Source of the DNA: Octopus sinensis
Taxonomy: Eukaryota
Assembly (NCBI RefSeq): GCF_006345805.1
Contig: NW_021832835.1
Coordinates: 34,483-98,482, forward strand
DNA length: 64,000 bases
Direction: 5' to 3'
Part shown: piece by piece, positions 25,100 through 37,959 of the stretch
Numbering within the stretch: position 1 is the first letter of the stretch
Layout of the letters: each line of letters begins with the position of its first letter
Program-made: the position numbers and the translations under genes
The notes under the pieces: generated by a model
Told to the model about the DNA's origin: nothing
Database searches by the model: none
Seen by the model: only the letters and a program-made list of their open reading frames with translations

Positions 25100-27205
25100 T
25101 TCCTTGTGATATTTTATGTGAACGACAGACGCTAAAAATAAGAGGATGACGCAAGAGATGCTTCATAGGATGAGTGAGAGAAGAGACTGGCAAAGACTGA
25201 GCCGGAGACGTAGAGACAATTGAACAAAGAGATTCGAAAGATGTTCAAAAAAAGCAAAAGAAGATATCTGAAAGGGGGGGGTGTGAAGAGACTGAAGAGC
25301 TGGAGGAGAAAGATGCACAGATGATGCAGGGAAAAGTTAGATAGGCTACGTTTAGGAGGAAGGAAAATCTGACAAAGATGGCTGACGAGTCAGTCAAGAG
25401 AAGGAAGACCGATTGCATCAAAGGTCTCTACGCTGATGATGGAAGGAAAGACAAACCAGAGATAAGCAACCCAATGGTTGGCCATATGATTACAGCAGCT
25501 GAAATCAAGCAGGCTATGGACAAGATGAAAAGTGGAAAAGCGAACGGAAATGACAACATCGCGTTTGAAGTAATAAATGCTTTGGGGAATTTTGGAGTAA
25601 AAAAATTCAGAGATAGCGAACCATTTTTACAACTCGGGGATGTTCCTGAAGATAATGCTGGAATCAATCTTCATCGCTTTGCCTAAAATGTTTGAAACAA
25701 TCGAGTGCAAAAATGACAGAATGATAAGACTAATGAGTCATGTGACAAAGATTATTTTGAGAGTGGAGTTAAATCGAATGAAAGTTAGGGAAAACCTATC
25801 AAATGAACAGTTTGGCTATGGAACAGGAAAGGGGAAGAGAAATGCAATTCTGTGCTTGAAGACATTAGTGGAAAAGTGTATAGAGAAACAGACTTGTACA
25901 TCTGTTTTATAGACTTATGTGAAGGCGTTTGACTGTGTTAAGCACGAAGAGTTGGTGAGAATGTTGGAAGAACTCGAGATTGATGGGAAGTTCTAAGAAT
26001 AATTCGAAATTGGTATTTTCTACTCTAGGCACAAGGCCTAAAAATTTTGGGGAGGGAGCTAGTCGATTAGATCGGCCCCAGTACGTAACTGGTACTTAAT
26101 TTATCGACCCCGAAAGGATGAAAGGCAAAGTCGACCTCGGCGGAATTTGAACTCAGAACGTAACGGCAGACGAAATACTGCTAAGCATTTCGCCCGGCGT
26201 GCTAACGTTTCTGCCAGCTCGCCGCCTTCGAAATTGGTATTGGAACCAGAAAGCAGCCATCAGAGTGCATGGAGAATTAAGCGACTGGACTGACGTTCAG
26301 AAAGGCATCCAGCAGGGTTGTATTTTGTCACCTGATTTATTCAGCCTGTAAAGTGAGAAAGCTTTAAGCAAGATCAAGACAATTTCAGGGCTGGGGGAAA
26401 GGAATTATAACAATCTGAGGTACGGGAGACGATACATCTGTTTGCAGACACAGAAGATAAGCTTCAGGGATTGATTAATATCGTGACTGAGGAGAGTGGA
26501 AAGCTTGGATTGACGATTGCCAGGAAACCTCAATGGTCTGTACCAGGAAAGCACAGGTACCCGCATGTCGCTTGAGACGGTGAGTGGAACTGGGCTAGAG
26601 CATAAGGACAGTTTCTGGGAAGTTGGGTAGCATCAAATGGAAGGTCAGATAAGGAGATCAAGCGCAGAATTGGATTAGAAAAGAAGACTTTTATGGATAT
26701 GAGGAGCATTTTTTGTGCAAAGAGAATTGGAATGGAAGTCAAGAAAAAAACTGTTGAAGTGCTACATCATCTGGTCGGAGCCAATGCATGGATGTGAGTC
26801 TTGGACGATAAGCAAAGTCATGGAGGAAAGACTCAAAGTTGCAGAAATGTGGTTTTATAGAAAAATGTTTAGAATCTCGTGGGTACAGAGGGTGACGAGT
26901 GTGGAAGTGTTGAAGAAGATGAAAGCGAGGAGACAGTTGACAGATGCAAGCAGAGAGAGACAGCGGAGATTTGTTGGTCGTTTTCTCAAACGATGGAATG
27001 CAGCGTTACCAGGTGAAGACTGAGCTGATAGGAAGGAGAGCGAGAGGAAGGAGAGCGAGAGGAAGGCAGAGTCTGACGATGTTCGACTGGATGAAGAAGA
27101 GAATGAATGTGCAGAAGTAGAAAGACTTGGGTGATGTTGTGGGATACAGAAATAAATGGAGGAGGAACAAGCAATGATTCATCAATGGCATGAATATGCC
27201 ATGAT

Positions 27206-27210
<5 letters not shown>
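25100..27210 (+). mobile_element. RTE-clade LINE relic (RT + thumb) with (AG)n tail
   Basis: KSGKANGNDNIAFEV, IFIALPK..ECKNDRMIRLMSHVTKI, EQFGY..KRNAI, CF.D..KAFDCVKH, GIQQGCILSPDLFSL, YIWS..HGCESWT..AEMWFYRKM.RISW. Many stops; interrupted by a SINE. Confidence 0.88.
26018..26226 (-). mobile_element. Full-length young SINE family B with 15-bp TSD, nested in the RTE
   Basis: TSD ttcgaaattggtatt at 26003-26017 and 26227-26241. Head ggcggcgagctggcagaa.. with B box gagttcaaattcc. Confidence 0.95.
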
Positions 27211-27302
<92 letters not shown>

Positions 27303-27739
27303 GGAGACGGACGTGATGGTCAATGCTAAGAGATTTTTGAATACAACTTTACTCGAACGGAGATGCCTTGCCGCTAAACAACAAAAGTAACAACAACAAC
27401 GATGACGTCAGAAGAATTAAAAATGGCGTCGTAAAGATGTTTTGAAGAATGGTCCCAAAATTTCTTCATCTGGCTAGAATACCTACAATTTTCTAGCACG
27501 ATTTCATGCTAAGAATTGACTTGGATTTACTAAAGAAGTCGTTGTTTATTTTTCTTGCCATTTCACCAACTCTTATAATTTCATTGAAACTCCCTTGAAT
27601 AGCAGCAATTAAATTGTGATTCCTTCACATATTGCGTGGTGTAATTCTTGTGGTTTTCACAGCTGGAGTAGTTTGATCAATTTTTCCTTGTATGCCATCT
27701 TCCTGATGTAGGCCAGCTGATAATAGTAGTTTCGAAGTT

Positions 27740-27950
27740 TCGCATAAGGCCAGCAATTTTAGTGGAAGCAATTCTAAGTCGATTAAATCGACCTCATTAC
27801 TTGACCAGGTACTTTATTTTATCGACCTCGAAAGGAGGAATGAATAAAGTTGATATCGGCGGAGTTTGACACTCAGAGTGTAAAGAGAAACGAAATGCGG
27901 TCAAGTATTTTGTTCTGCCTTGCTAACGGTTTTGTCAGCACACCACCGAA
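27740..27950 (-). mobile_element. SINE family B, diverged
   Basis: ccagcaattttagtgg..agtcgattaaatcgacc..tttatcgacctcgaaagga..ggcggagtttga. Confidence 0.7.
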
Positions 27951-28281
27951 GTCAGTCGATAAATAATAAGAGATTCAGACATAAAAATTTAAAAGATCAA
28001 GATCCCAGTAACACTTATTTTTTCAACTATTTTCATCATTTTCCTATAATATAGCCGCCCAATTTCCTACACAAGCACCTTCAGCTTTCCTTTATATTTA
28101 GTAAATTAAAATCAAATTTATAAAGCAAGCTTTGCAGATTTCCAATATATTTTTATAAAGGAAACCGAGATCAGCATGTATAATAATAATGATCAGCTTT
28201 ATAATATTTTTCAGTAAATGCATGGTTTAAATTCTATGTAAATGGACATATCTAAATTTTTCAGTAAATTATATATATATA

Positions 28282-28497
28282 TATTATATTAAATTAGAGA
28301 CAAAACCACTATTAGGCAAATCAATTTTGCAAATCAATTAAAATCATGAAAATAGTTGAAAAAATAAGTGGGATATTAATTATATTTTTTAATAATTTTG
28401 TTAATATTTAAATAATATAATTAATCATATGTATTGGCTTAAGTCTTTCATTGTTTGATTTGCCTAATAGTGGTTTGTCTCTAATTTATATAATATA
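28282..28497. repeat. Inverted repeat, ~43-bp arms, ~130-nt AT-rich spacer
   Basis: aaattagagacaaaaccactattaggcaaatcaa versus ttgatttgcctaatagtggtttgtctctaattt. A further 18-bp inverted pair lies at 28764-28781/28871-28888. Confidence 0.85.
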
Positions 28498-28586
28498 ATA
28501 TTACTATAAAATTGGATTCAATCCTAATCTGATTTTTCCCTGTAAGTTTGGATTATTCCCTAATATTATTATTATTATTATTATTA

Positions 28587-28644
<58 letters not shown>

Positions 28645-29049
28645 AATTGCAGCATGGAAGGTGTTTATAAGCCATTTAAAAAAACACACAAAATCCCTTA
28701 GATCACTTCAACATTTAAATTTAATTTGTCAGAATATTTTCGTCGTTTTGAAACCGTACCATGGAACATCTGTACATACCATATACAAATGTTAACACTT
28801 ATATATCCAAGTAAAAGTAGGGCTTCTCAAATTACATCTCAGTACACATGTATAGTCGGAATAATTCGCTTGGTATGTACAGATGTTCATTTTTATGTGT
28901 TCTGATTATGTTTGCACTGACGATTGGAAAGTGTATTATGTAGGCTAACCATGAAATCATTAATGGTTTGCGACTAAACCTGTTTTTAAAAGGTAGTTTC
29001 CAAGTTGCTTCCCCTACTTTCGGTGTCGTGTATATTTATTTAATGACAT

Positions 29050-31845
29050 TACGATTGCACCTGAAAGGTAAGCGCGGTTTGCTACCCTAATGAGTGCCTA
29101 TGCACCTACTTTGACTAGTTGTGATGAAAATAAAACTATTTTTTATATCCAGCTGAGAGCCATACTTAGGAAAATCCTCAATTCTGATAAAGTCATTCTA
29201 TTGGGGGATTTCAATGCCAGGGTTGGAACAGACTGGCAAACATGGAACTCTCTATGACGTTTGGGTGTAGGGAAAAGGAACAGGAATGGTCTTATGCTGC
29301 TGGAGCTTTGCGATAAACATGGACTTTACATCGCAAGTACTCATGCACAAAGGTAATTACACAACAGCGTGGATGCATCCAAGGTCTAAAGTTTGGCACT
29401 TGCTGGATTATGTTATCACCCGCATGCTTGACATCTGTGACATTTGTAATGTCAAGTTCTTTCATGGATCGGAATGCTGGACAGATCACAGTCTGGTGCG
29501 AGCAAAGATCCGGATGAAGATTAGAGTGAAAGAGAGAAGGGGGCCAGTTGGCATTCCTCGGCGTCTGAATGTCCACAAGGTATATGATGCTGTGTTGAGG
29601 AAAGAGCTTCAGACTCGCTTGTCTAGCATTGAGAATACTGCAGCATGGGAAGATTTTCGAGACCGGGTTCTTCAATGTGCTGGTGAAACACTGGGATATG
29701 CAACTGCCAGACACAGAGTCTGGTTTGATGAAAATGATGCTGAAGTTCAGCGACTATTGGCTGTAAAGAGCCATGCCTATAATGTATTGTTACGCAGAGG
29801 ACTTTCAGCAATGCAGCGAAATCTAGGACTTGCTCACTATAGCAGTGTAAAAATCACTATTGCGGCGATCTCTCAGGAAGATGCTGAACGCTTGGTGAGA
29901 AGACCTTGCTCGTGATGTTCAGACTGCTGCTGATGCAAATGACGGCAAGAAGCTTTACCATCTTATGTAGCAGATTTATGGACCTAAGATCTCCTCATCA
30001 GCTCCTTTGCTTTCCAAGGGGTCTTCTACTCTATTTACTAAATCAACAGAAATCACAGGTTGCTGGATTGAACACTTCCCTGAACTCCTAAACCATGAGT
30101 CAATTGTGGATGAAACATTAATTGATACTATGCAACAAAGATCTATCATTGGCTCCTTAAATTCCAAAACCCTCAATAGATGAGGGAATGACATCAATAA
30201 GTATATTGAATCTTTGTGGGATACCTAGAAGAGATGTAATTTGAGCTGAAGTCTTGCGATTTAATGGTGATTACACCATACAGTCCCTTCATGAACTAAT
30301 TAGTGCAGTCTGGAGGGATGGTGCAATGCCTAAGGACTGGAAGGCTGCAATTATTCTTCTTCTCTGTAAAGGAAGAGGAGCCAGAACAATGTGTGGTAAG
30401 TACAGAGGTATTGCTCTACTATCAGCTGTTGGCAAGGTTCTGGCAAATATTCTTACCCGCCTGAATGGGTGTCTCGTAAATGATGTCCTGCCTGAATCTC
30501 AATGTAGCTTCCGATCTGATAGAGAGACAATGGATATGATTTTTACAGCAAAACAGATGCAAGAGAAGTGCTATGAGTAGAATATAGATCTTGTCTAGGT
30601 TTTCATTGATTTAGCCAAGGCCTTCGATACTGTGAATAGGGCCTTGCTATGGAAAATACTTGGCAAACTTGGATGTCCGGATCACTTTGTATCTAATTAA
30701 ATAATTTCATGATAGGATGGAGGCTTGGGAAAAATGTTGGTGGTGGCATGGCGGGACCCATTCCCAAGGTGTGAAGCAGGGTGACATCCTTGCCCCAACT
30801 CTCTTTTCTTTGTACTTTGTTGCTGCTTTTACTCATGCTTTTGCTAAGGTTAGCTCTTTGGGAATATGTCAGGTATCGATCTTCTGACCACCTCTTTAGT
30901 CTGCACTGATTTGCTGCCAATTCAAAAGTTTTCCAGTCTCTCATTCGTGACCTCCTTTATGCAGATGACTGTGACTTAGTCACTCGTACAGTGGATGACA
31001 TGCAAATACTTATGAATCATATTTCTACTCTTGCAAAGCATTTGGGCTCAGTATTAGCCTAGATAAGACTGTTGAAATGTTCCAGCCTGCACCAGGAAAT
31101 CTATATGTGGAACCAGCTATCTCGGCTGAAGGAACAATTCTGAAAGTGGTAGACAAGTTTGTCTATCTGGGCAGCACACTCAGCCTGGATGATGAAATAT
31201 TTTTCAGGCTGCAGAGAGAAACTGATTCCTTCCGGTCTCTTGCGTCTCGTGTCTGGTCCCAGCATGGCATCACAAGGCAAACAAAAATTGATGTGTACCG
31301 TGCATGTATACAGACATCGCTCCGTTACTCATATGAGACCCTTTACAAACGTCATGTAAGGGTCCTTGAACGCTTTCATCAGAGATGTCTGAGACACATT
31401 CTGAATGTTGGCTGGACCTCAAAAATTCCAGACACACAGGTCGTGAGGACAGCTGATATCTTGAGTATTGAGGTGATGGTGCACAAGCACCGGTTACGTT
31501 GGACTGGACACCTTATTAGAACGAAGGATAGCAGGATCCCTAAGCAGATGATATATGGGGAACTTGTTAATGGAAAGAGACCCCATCAGAAACCAAGGCT
31601 GCGATTTAAGGACTGTATCGAGTCCTCATTAAAGGTCTGTGGTATGCAGGAGCCTGAATGGGAGAGCAATGCCTGTCATCGCCAAATATGGAGGAAGCAG
31701 ATTAAGAGTGGATGGGTGGGTGGGTCGACACCTTTGAGAGAGCACGTATTCTGCTGGTGTGTGGAATGGGGAAAGCTTGGTTTGCAATGTTTGCAGTTGT
31801 GTATGCTTGTCAAGAGCAGGGCTCATTTACTGAAGGTTCAGTAAA
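29050..31845 (+). mobile_element. RTE-clade (BovB-like) LINE relic: AP endonuclease + RT + thumb
   Basis: SAYAPTL, VILLGDFNARVG, HPRSKVWHLLDYVITR, KYRGIALLSAVGKVLA, PESQCSFR, FIDLAKAFDTV, DLLYADD, VDKFVYLGSTL, RWTGHLIR..DSRIPKQMIYGEL..RLRFKD. Numerous stops and frameshifts. Confidence 0.93.
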
Positions 31846-31870
31846 ACTGTATTATATATATATATATCTT

Positions 31871-32290
31871 AGAGGGGAACCACCATGTGGACACCCATAT
31901 GCTAGAAATAGATCCGCTACGGTCTCACCACCAAGAAATGTTCTCAAGAAAAATTTAGCAAAACAACCAAAACGTAATCGAGCAGGACAAAAGAAAAAAT
32001 AATAAAAATATGGGTTATTCGTACACATGTTTCACTATCAACAAATTACGTAATCTTACTTACGTAACTTACGTAATTGTCCGTAGATCATCGGTACGAC
32101 CGTCCAAGGTGAATACAATTTGCAGGACTGCATACTAGGACATCCACACAAAGTCAGACTTACCCTTTTCTTTTGTCTTGCTCGATTACGTTTTGGTTAT
32201 TTTGCTAAATTTTTCTTGAGAACATTTCTTGGTGGTGAGACCGTAGCGGATCTATTTCTAGCATATGGGTGTCCACATGGTGGTTTCCCT

Positions 32291-32292
<2 letters not shown>
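31871..32292. repeat. Fold-back element, 127-bp arms (3 mismatches), 168-nt spacer, flanked by (TA)n
   Basis: 31871-31997 versus 32166-32292; same family as 40629-40890 (agaggggaaccac.atgtgga..gctagaaa.agatccgc..ggtctca). Confidence 0.92.
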
Positions 32293-32373
<81 letters not shown>

Positions 32374-32409
32374 GCGCGTGTGTGTGTGTGTGCGTGCGTG
32401 TGTGTGTGT

Positions 32410-32605
32410 GTGTGTGTGTTTGCCTCCCGACATCGCTTGACAACCGATGCTGATGTGCTTACGTCCCCCGTAACTTAGCGGTTCGGCAAAAGAGACTGAT
32501 AGAATAAGTACTATGCTTGCAAAGAATAAGTCCTGGGGTCGATTTGCTCGACTAAAGGCGGTGCTCCAGCATGGCCGCAGTCAAATGACTGAAACAAGTG
32601 AAAGA
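32410..32605 (+). mobile_element. SINE family A, 3' half
   Basis: catcgcttgacaaccgatgctgatgtg.ttacgtcccc.taacttagcggttcggcaaaagagac..gcggtgctccagcatggccgcagtcaaatgactgaaac. Confidence 0.9.
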
Positions 32606-32779
32606 GTATACACACACACACACACACACCACATACACACACATACATACGTATAAGTAAGAACGAAAGATCAAGGTGTAGGAAGGTAAGTAGTCTTCGA
32701 GCAGTCGATAGAAGATATAAAGAAAGCTTTCAGGATCAAAAGTGCTTTCTATATATATATATAACACAAAAGAAGAAAA

Positions 32780-33350
32780 GGTCAAGAAGATGGGTATGAA
32801 GAAGGGGAAAGAGATAAGAAAGTAGAAGGTGAAAAAGAAGGCAGAGAAGAAGAAGAGAAGAAGAAGAAGAAGAAGAGAAGAAGGCAGAGAAGAAGAAGAA
32901 GAAAAGAAGAAGAAGAAGAAGGCAGAGAAGAAGAAGAAGAAGAAGGCAGAGAAGAAGAAGAAGAGAAGAAAAGAAGAAGAAGAAGAAGGCAGAGAAGAAG
33001 AAGAAGGTAGAGAAGAAGAAGAAGGCAGATAAGAAGAAGAAGGCAGAGAAGAAGAAGAAGAAGAAGAAGAAAAGAAGAAGAAGGCAGAGAAGAAGAAGAA
33101 GAAGGCAGAGAAGTTGAAGAAGAAGAAGAAAGAAGAAGGCAGAGAAGAAGAAGAAGAAGGTAAAGAAGAAGAAAAAGAAGGTGAAGAAGAAAAGAAGAAG
33201 GCAGAGAAGAAGAAGAAGAAGAGAAGAAGAAGAAGAAGAAGAAGAAGAAGAAGAGAAGAAGAAGTAGAAGAAGAAGAAGAAGCAGAGAAGAAGAAGAAGA
33301 AGAGGAAGTAGAAGAAGAAGAAGACGGGAGAGAAGAAGAAGAAGGGAGAG
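32780..33350. repeat. (AAG)n microsatellite with recurring gaaggcaga interruptions
   Basis: Direct inspection; it explains the poly-K/E/R/F/S ORFs. Confidence 0.9.
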
Positions 33351-33599
33351 AAGAGACCGCAAGTGAAATGACGAATATAATTTACTAAATGGACGAAGTG
33401 CCTTTTAGTTAAATAGATTAGAGAGAGTGTGATCACGTTAAGTCAGACTAACTTCCGGCGGCACCCCGAGAAAAATTGTACGACAGACGCCATCTATTAT
33501 ATTTTATACAATTTAACTCATTCACAACAAAATTGTATTGAAGTGTATGTATGCATATATTTATGTGTGTATGCCATGTATATATATTCGTATATAAGA

Positions 33600-33960
33600 C
33601 ATGGTCGGGTCGTGGGCGACTAAACCGGCAACCCCACCAAGCTCGCTTGGTGAGGAGGGTGTTTATTGGTCACCCTGCGGGATGAAAAACAAAACCCGTC
33701 AAAAGGCGGAGGAACTCTTGAGAGTCAACGGCCATCCAATAAATGTCTTGTGGATGTATCATGCGCGGGGACATAGAAATAATCGGACTGAATACCCGAT
33801 TGCGCAGTTAAACCATTGGAAGTGAAGGACTCCTAGCCTTTGTTAGGGCATCCTTCTAAGAGAAGGTAACTCAGGTAACTGGGATAACTCCGACATAAAA
33901 CCTGCGGCTCAGTGGTTACCGATGATGTTGACTTGTTTTCTTTTCGGATTATGGCTGCTG
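33600..33960 (+). mobile_element. Probable LINE (RTE-type) 5'UTR fragment
   Basis: Non-repetitive GC-richer block with ggcatccttctaagagaaggtaactc..taaaacc, resembling RTE 5'UTR motifs from memory. No ORF follows. Confidence 0.35.
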
Positions 33961-34604
33961 TTGCTTAGTGAGTGGGATTGACTCAGTGCACAGCTTTTCA
34001 CCACTTAAAAAAAAATATTCTTGCGCAGGCATTGCACGATAACAACATTGATTAAGCTTTGTGCAATGGCCATACTCGATAACAAGGGGGCAGCCACCAT
34101 ATAAGACATATTCGTGCGTGCGCGTGTGTAATAAAGATGTGGCGAAAGGGAACGACAAAGAATAAAAAACGTGAAAGAAAACTATTCACACAGTGGATGC
34201 TGACATACTGAATCCCTCATCAGCCACCGAACAAATATCAACATAATTTCCACACACAGACACACGCACGCACGCGCGTGCGCGCGCGCACACACACACA
34301 CAATGTATAACATATATACATATGATATAGATTATTATACATAACTTGCACATATACACACACAATGTAAATCACACTCGCACAATATAAATCACACACA
34401 CACAATATACTTCGAAGTTACCGTCACTCCTCTTTCTTTTAAAAAACAATATATAGATGGCGGTGCCCCAGCATGGCCACAGCTCGTGAGCTGAAACTAG
34501 ATAAAATAAAAAAAAAATAATATCTACAGAAAATAATGAGTAATCCTTCCGCTTAATATTAAATTGTTTGTTTTATTGTAAATGGGCAAATTTAGGCGGC
34601 AAGA

Positions 34605-34810
34605 GGACAAAATCGTTACGGCGTCGGACGAAATGCTCAGCGGAATTTCTTCCGGTTCTTTAAGAGTTGAGCTCAAATCCCGACGGGGTCAACTCAGTTT
34701 TCCCGCCTTTTGGGCGCGTTAAGATGAATACCAGTGAAATACTGGGGGCCAATGTAATCGACTTCCTCCCCACCCCCATTAAAATTGGTGAGTTTGTGCC
34801 GAAATTAGAA
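34605..34810 (+). mobile_element. SINE family B, diverged
   Basis: ggcggcaaga..cgtcggacgaaatgctcagcgg.atttc..gagctcaaatccc..aatgtaatcgact. Confidence 0.65.
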
Positions 34811-34860
34811 TTCTAACTCGACGTAAAAACATATATATATATATACTCCCTAATATTATT

Positions 34861-34913
<53 letters not shown>

Positions 34914-34915
<2 letters not shown>

Positions 34916-35290
34916 GGGTAGACCAACAGATCATTTTAAAACTTTTTTACATTTAATTAAAAAAAATTTTGTTTCAGATTATTGGCATCTAATTGTAGGA
35001 AAAGTTTAAGGAGAAATTTACTAAAAACCGAGTGAAAGTAATCTAATTCTACCTACAAAAATCAACGATCAGTTGTGTAACTCAAAGGGCTTCCATTCAT
35101 CATTTGTGGGTGGGTGGGTGGGGGTCAGACAAACAGCATCTAAACGCATGAAACTCAACTTATTCCGGCGGTTTGAACAACAGCGAGCTGTGACTGATGT
35201 ACCACAAGTGCGGAGGGGATGTTCAAGGAAATCTGAGGACAAGATTCAGAGTGTACGGCCATTTGTAAGATCGATCGTGATGGATATATA
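34914..35290 (+). mobile_element. Possible Tc1/Tc3-like transposon 5' fragment
   Basis: Starts cagggt next to (TA)n. Remnant LFRRFEQQRAVTDVPQVRRG..SEDKIQSVR resembles the ..KF..TGSV.D..RSGRP HTH linker. Confidence 0.35.
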
Positions 35291-35304
35291 ATCTTTACTC
35301 ATTA

Positions 35305-35491
35305 CTTGTTTCAGTCATTTGACTGCGGCCATGCTGGAGCACCGCCTTTAGTTGAGCAAATCGATCCCGGGACTTATTCTTTGTAAGCCCAGTACTTATT
35401 CTATCGGTCTCTTTTGCCGAACCGCTAAGTTACGGAGACGTAAACACACCAGCATCGGTTGTCAAGCAATGCTAGGAGGACAGACACACAA

Positions 35492-35526
<35 letters not shown>

Positions 35527-35697
35527 CATATATACGACAGGCTTCTTTCAGTTTCCGTCTACCAAATCCACTCACAAGGCATTGGTCGGCCCGGGGCTAT
35601 AGCAGAAGACCCTTCCTCAAGATGCCACGCAGTGGGACTGAACCCGGAACCTTGTGGTTGGTTAGCAAGCTACTTACCACACAGCCACTCCTGCGCC
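35305..35697 (-). mobile_element. Full-length SINE family A (tRNA head + CORE-like block + microsatellite + tail)
   Basis: Minus strand reads ggcgcaggagtggctgtgtggtaagtagcttgctaaccaaccacaaggttccgggttcagtcccactgcgtggcatcttgaggaagg..; the tail ends cagcatggccgcagtcaaatgactgaaacaag. Confidence 0.92.
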
Positions 35698-35779
35698 GGA
35701 AATACTATTTCAATTGATATAGCCACTCGATTGACAACAAATATACGAGTGCTTATGGATACCTAGACGGTGTATATAT

Positions 35780-36030
35780 ATATAGGGAGAGTTTACGAAA
35801 AAAACAAAAGACGAAGACAGGTGGTGTACAAAACAAACAGATGTATTAGTATAACGCCCAGGAATAGGAAAAGTCTTTTACGTTTCGAGCCTACGCTCTT
35901 CTACAGAAAGGGACAGAGAAAAAACAAGGAGAGAAACAAGGAGAGAAAAAAATGTGTGTAGTGGCTAACAATCTATCATGGCGACTGACTCGGACAGAAG
36001 GGTCACACACGAGAGGGAAAGTAGGGGAGA
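35780..36030 (-). mobile_element. Family D: short Penelope-pLTR-like non-autonomous repeat with hammerhead-like motif (35875-35910)
   Basis: Near-identical to 60893-61090 (-) and 63785-63990 (+); a variant lies at 61955-62095. Bordered by (TA)n. Confidence 0.75.
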
Positions 36031-36037
36031 TAACAAA

Positions 36038-36081
<44 letters not shown>

Positions 36082-36239
36082 TATATATTCGGTTAAGTAA
36101 TTGAGATTCAAGTGAATTCTAAAGAATTCACATGAATATGGTCCTTAACTAGGATGCCGGAAATCTATATGGTGTTAACCATACGACAAGTGGGGTGATT
36201 ACAAATAGGAAAAAAGCAACAAGAATGGATTAAAATCTC

Positions 36240-36378
36240 GGTACGATCGTTTCTCTAGGAGGACATCCTTAATAAGCTACAAAAAATGCAGTGAATACAG
36301 ATGGCTCGTACGAGCCATCTGTATTCACTGCATTTTTTGTAGCTTATTAAAGATGTCCTCGTACGAAACGATCGTACC
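36240..36378. repeat. Loopless palindrome centred on ctcgt|acgag (36309/36310)
   Basis: 36259-36309 versus 36310-36360 has one mismatch. It extends to ~70-bp arms ending in ggtacgatcgtttc / gaaacgatcgtacc. Confidence 0.95.
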
Positions 36379-36421
<43 letters not shown>

Positions 36422-36422
36422 A

Positions 36423-37503
36423 TATCATGTTGAGTAAAAAGTAAGCAACGTTTTGAACCATGAAGAATTTGTACCGGATTTTTGAAGTTTTGAATTTTTT
36501 TAAACATTTTTTTTTGCAATTGTCTGATAATACAGACATAGACTTGCTCAAATGCATGAATAAATTAACATTGGTATTTATTTCACCGTTGTTAAAATCA
36601 TCTGAAATGGAACTATCAAAGCGCGATATTCGAGCAATTTTGCTAGTTAACTTAAAAAAAGGACATAAAACAGCTGAAACTGCTCGCGATATCAACGAAA
36701 CGTTTGGTGAGGAAAATGACCAGTGAGTGGTCAGCTCGAAAATGGTTTAAACGATTTCGCAGTGGAGACCTGAGCCTTGACAATCATGAGCGTAGTGGGC
36801 GCCCATTTGTCATCGATGACAGTCAATTGAAGCTTGTCATTGAGAAAGATCCACATAATACCACTCGGGAAATGGTAAAAGAACTTCAAGCTAGCCAGAA
36901 AACTGCCTGCGACCATTTGCATGCGATCGGACAATCAAAAAAAGCTCGACAAATGGGAACCACACGATTTGAATGAAAATCAGAAAATACGCAGATATGA
37001 AATTTGCTCGTCGCTTCTCCGTAACCAGACCGATCCATTTCTCGACCGTATTGTAACTTGCGATGAAAAGGGGATTCTGTATAATGATAAAAAATGTTCT
37101 TCGCAGTGGTTGGATCAAAATGAAGCACCAAAAACCTACCCTAAACCCCAGCGTCTTCAAAAAGAAGGTTATGGTGACTGTTTGGTGTACTGCTGGACTC
37201 ATCCACTATAACTTCTTAAAACCCGGAAAAACCATTACTGCAGACACACTAATGACGCTCTAGAAGTTGAGGGAACTTCACTACGAAGTTCTTCCCCACC
37301 CAGCTTATTCCCCAGATCTTTCTACTACTGACTACCACTTTTTCAAGCACCTTGATGCACCTGCGAGAGAGGTTGTTCGAAAATGAAACCAATGTTGAAA
37401 ATGCGTTCAAAGAGTTCATCAGCTCCAGAACACCAGATTTTTATGGTAACTGAATAAACAAACTTGTAACTCGTTGGCTAAAATGTGTTGTTTGTAATGG
37501 TGC
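36423..37503 (+). mobile_element. mariner (DD34D) transposon relic, internally deleted
   Basis: ATG at 36607: MELSKRDIRAILL..KTAETARDINETFGE, WFKRFRSGDLSL..RSGRP, KLDKWEPHDL, FLDRIVTCDEK, YSPDLSTTDYHFF, KLVTRWLKCV. A left TIR-like tcatgttgagtaaaaagtaa is present. The second Asp region is missing. Confidence 0.92.
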
Positions 37504-37959
37504 TGAAGTTGATGAAACTCAACGAAACGAAGACAAGCAGGGAGGGCCGTTAGGCTAAGACGAGGTAAGGTAGCGAACGCTGGAAGAAGATTCTTTGATA
37601 GAAAAGTTGAGAGATGAGATAGATAAAAATGCGTCTGGACTGCGCGACAGATTGAAGAAAAAGAAAGATGATCACGTGAGGAAAGGAAAGATGGACGAAG
37701 GTCACGTGTGAGCAACGAGATAGTAAAGGAGGAAGAGGGAGCGAGTGAGACAGATAGAAAGCAGTGAAGGGGAGAAAAAGGAATTAGAGGAAGGATGAGA
37801 GAGAAAACGGAAGGGAGAGAGAAAACAGTAAAGGACAGAGTCGCATCAAATATATTAAGATACATTTTCTTGGAAATGGATGCGTGACGTTCAATCAAAT
37901 AATAATATAAATAATATATAAATAAATATATACATATGTACATACATATATATGTATAT

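Noticed and set aside
33600-33760. HDV-like ribozyme in the putative RTE 5'UTR
   Set aside because: I could not assemble the nested P1/P1.1/P2/P3 pseudoknot by eye; it needs an RNArobo or Infernal search.
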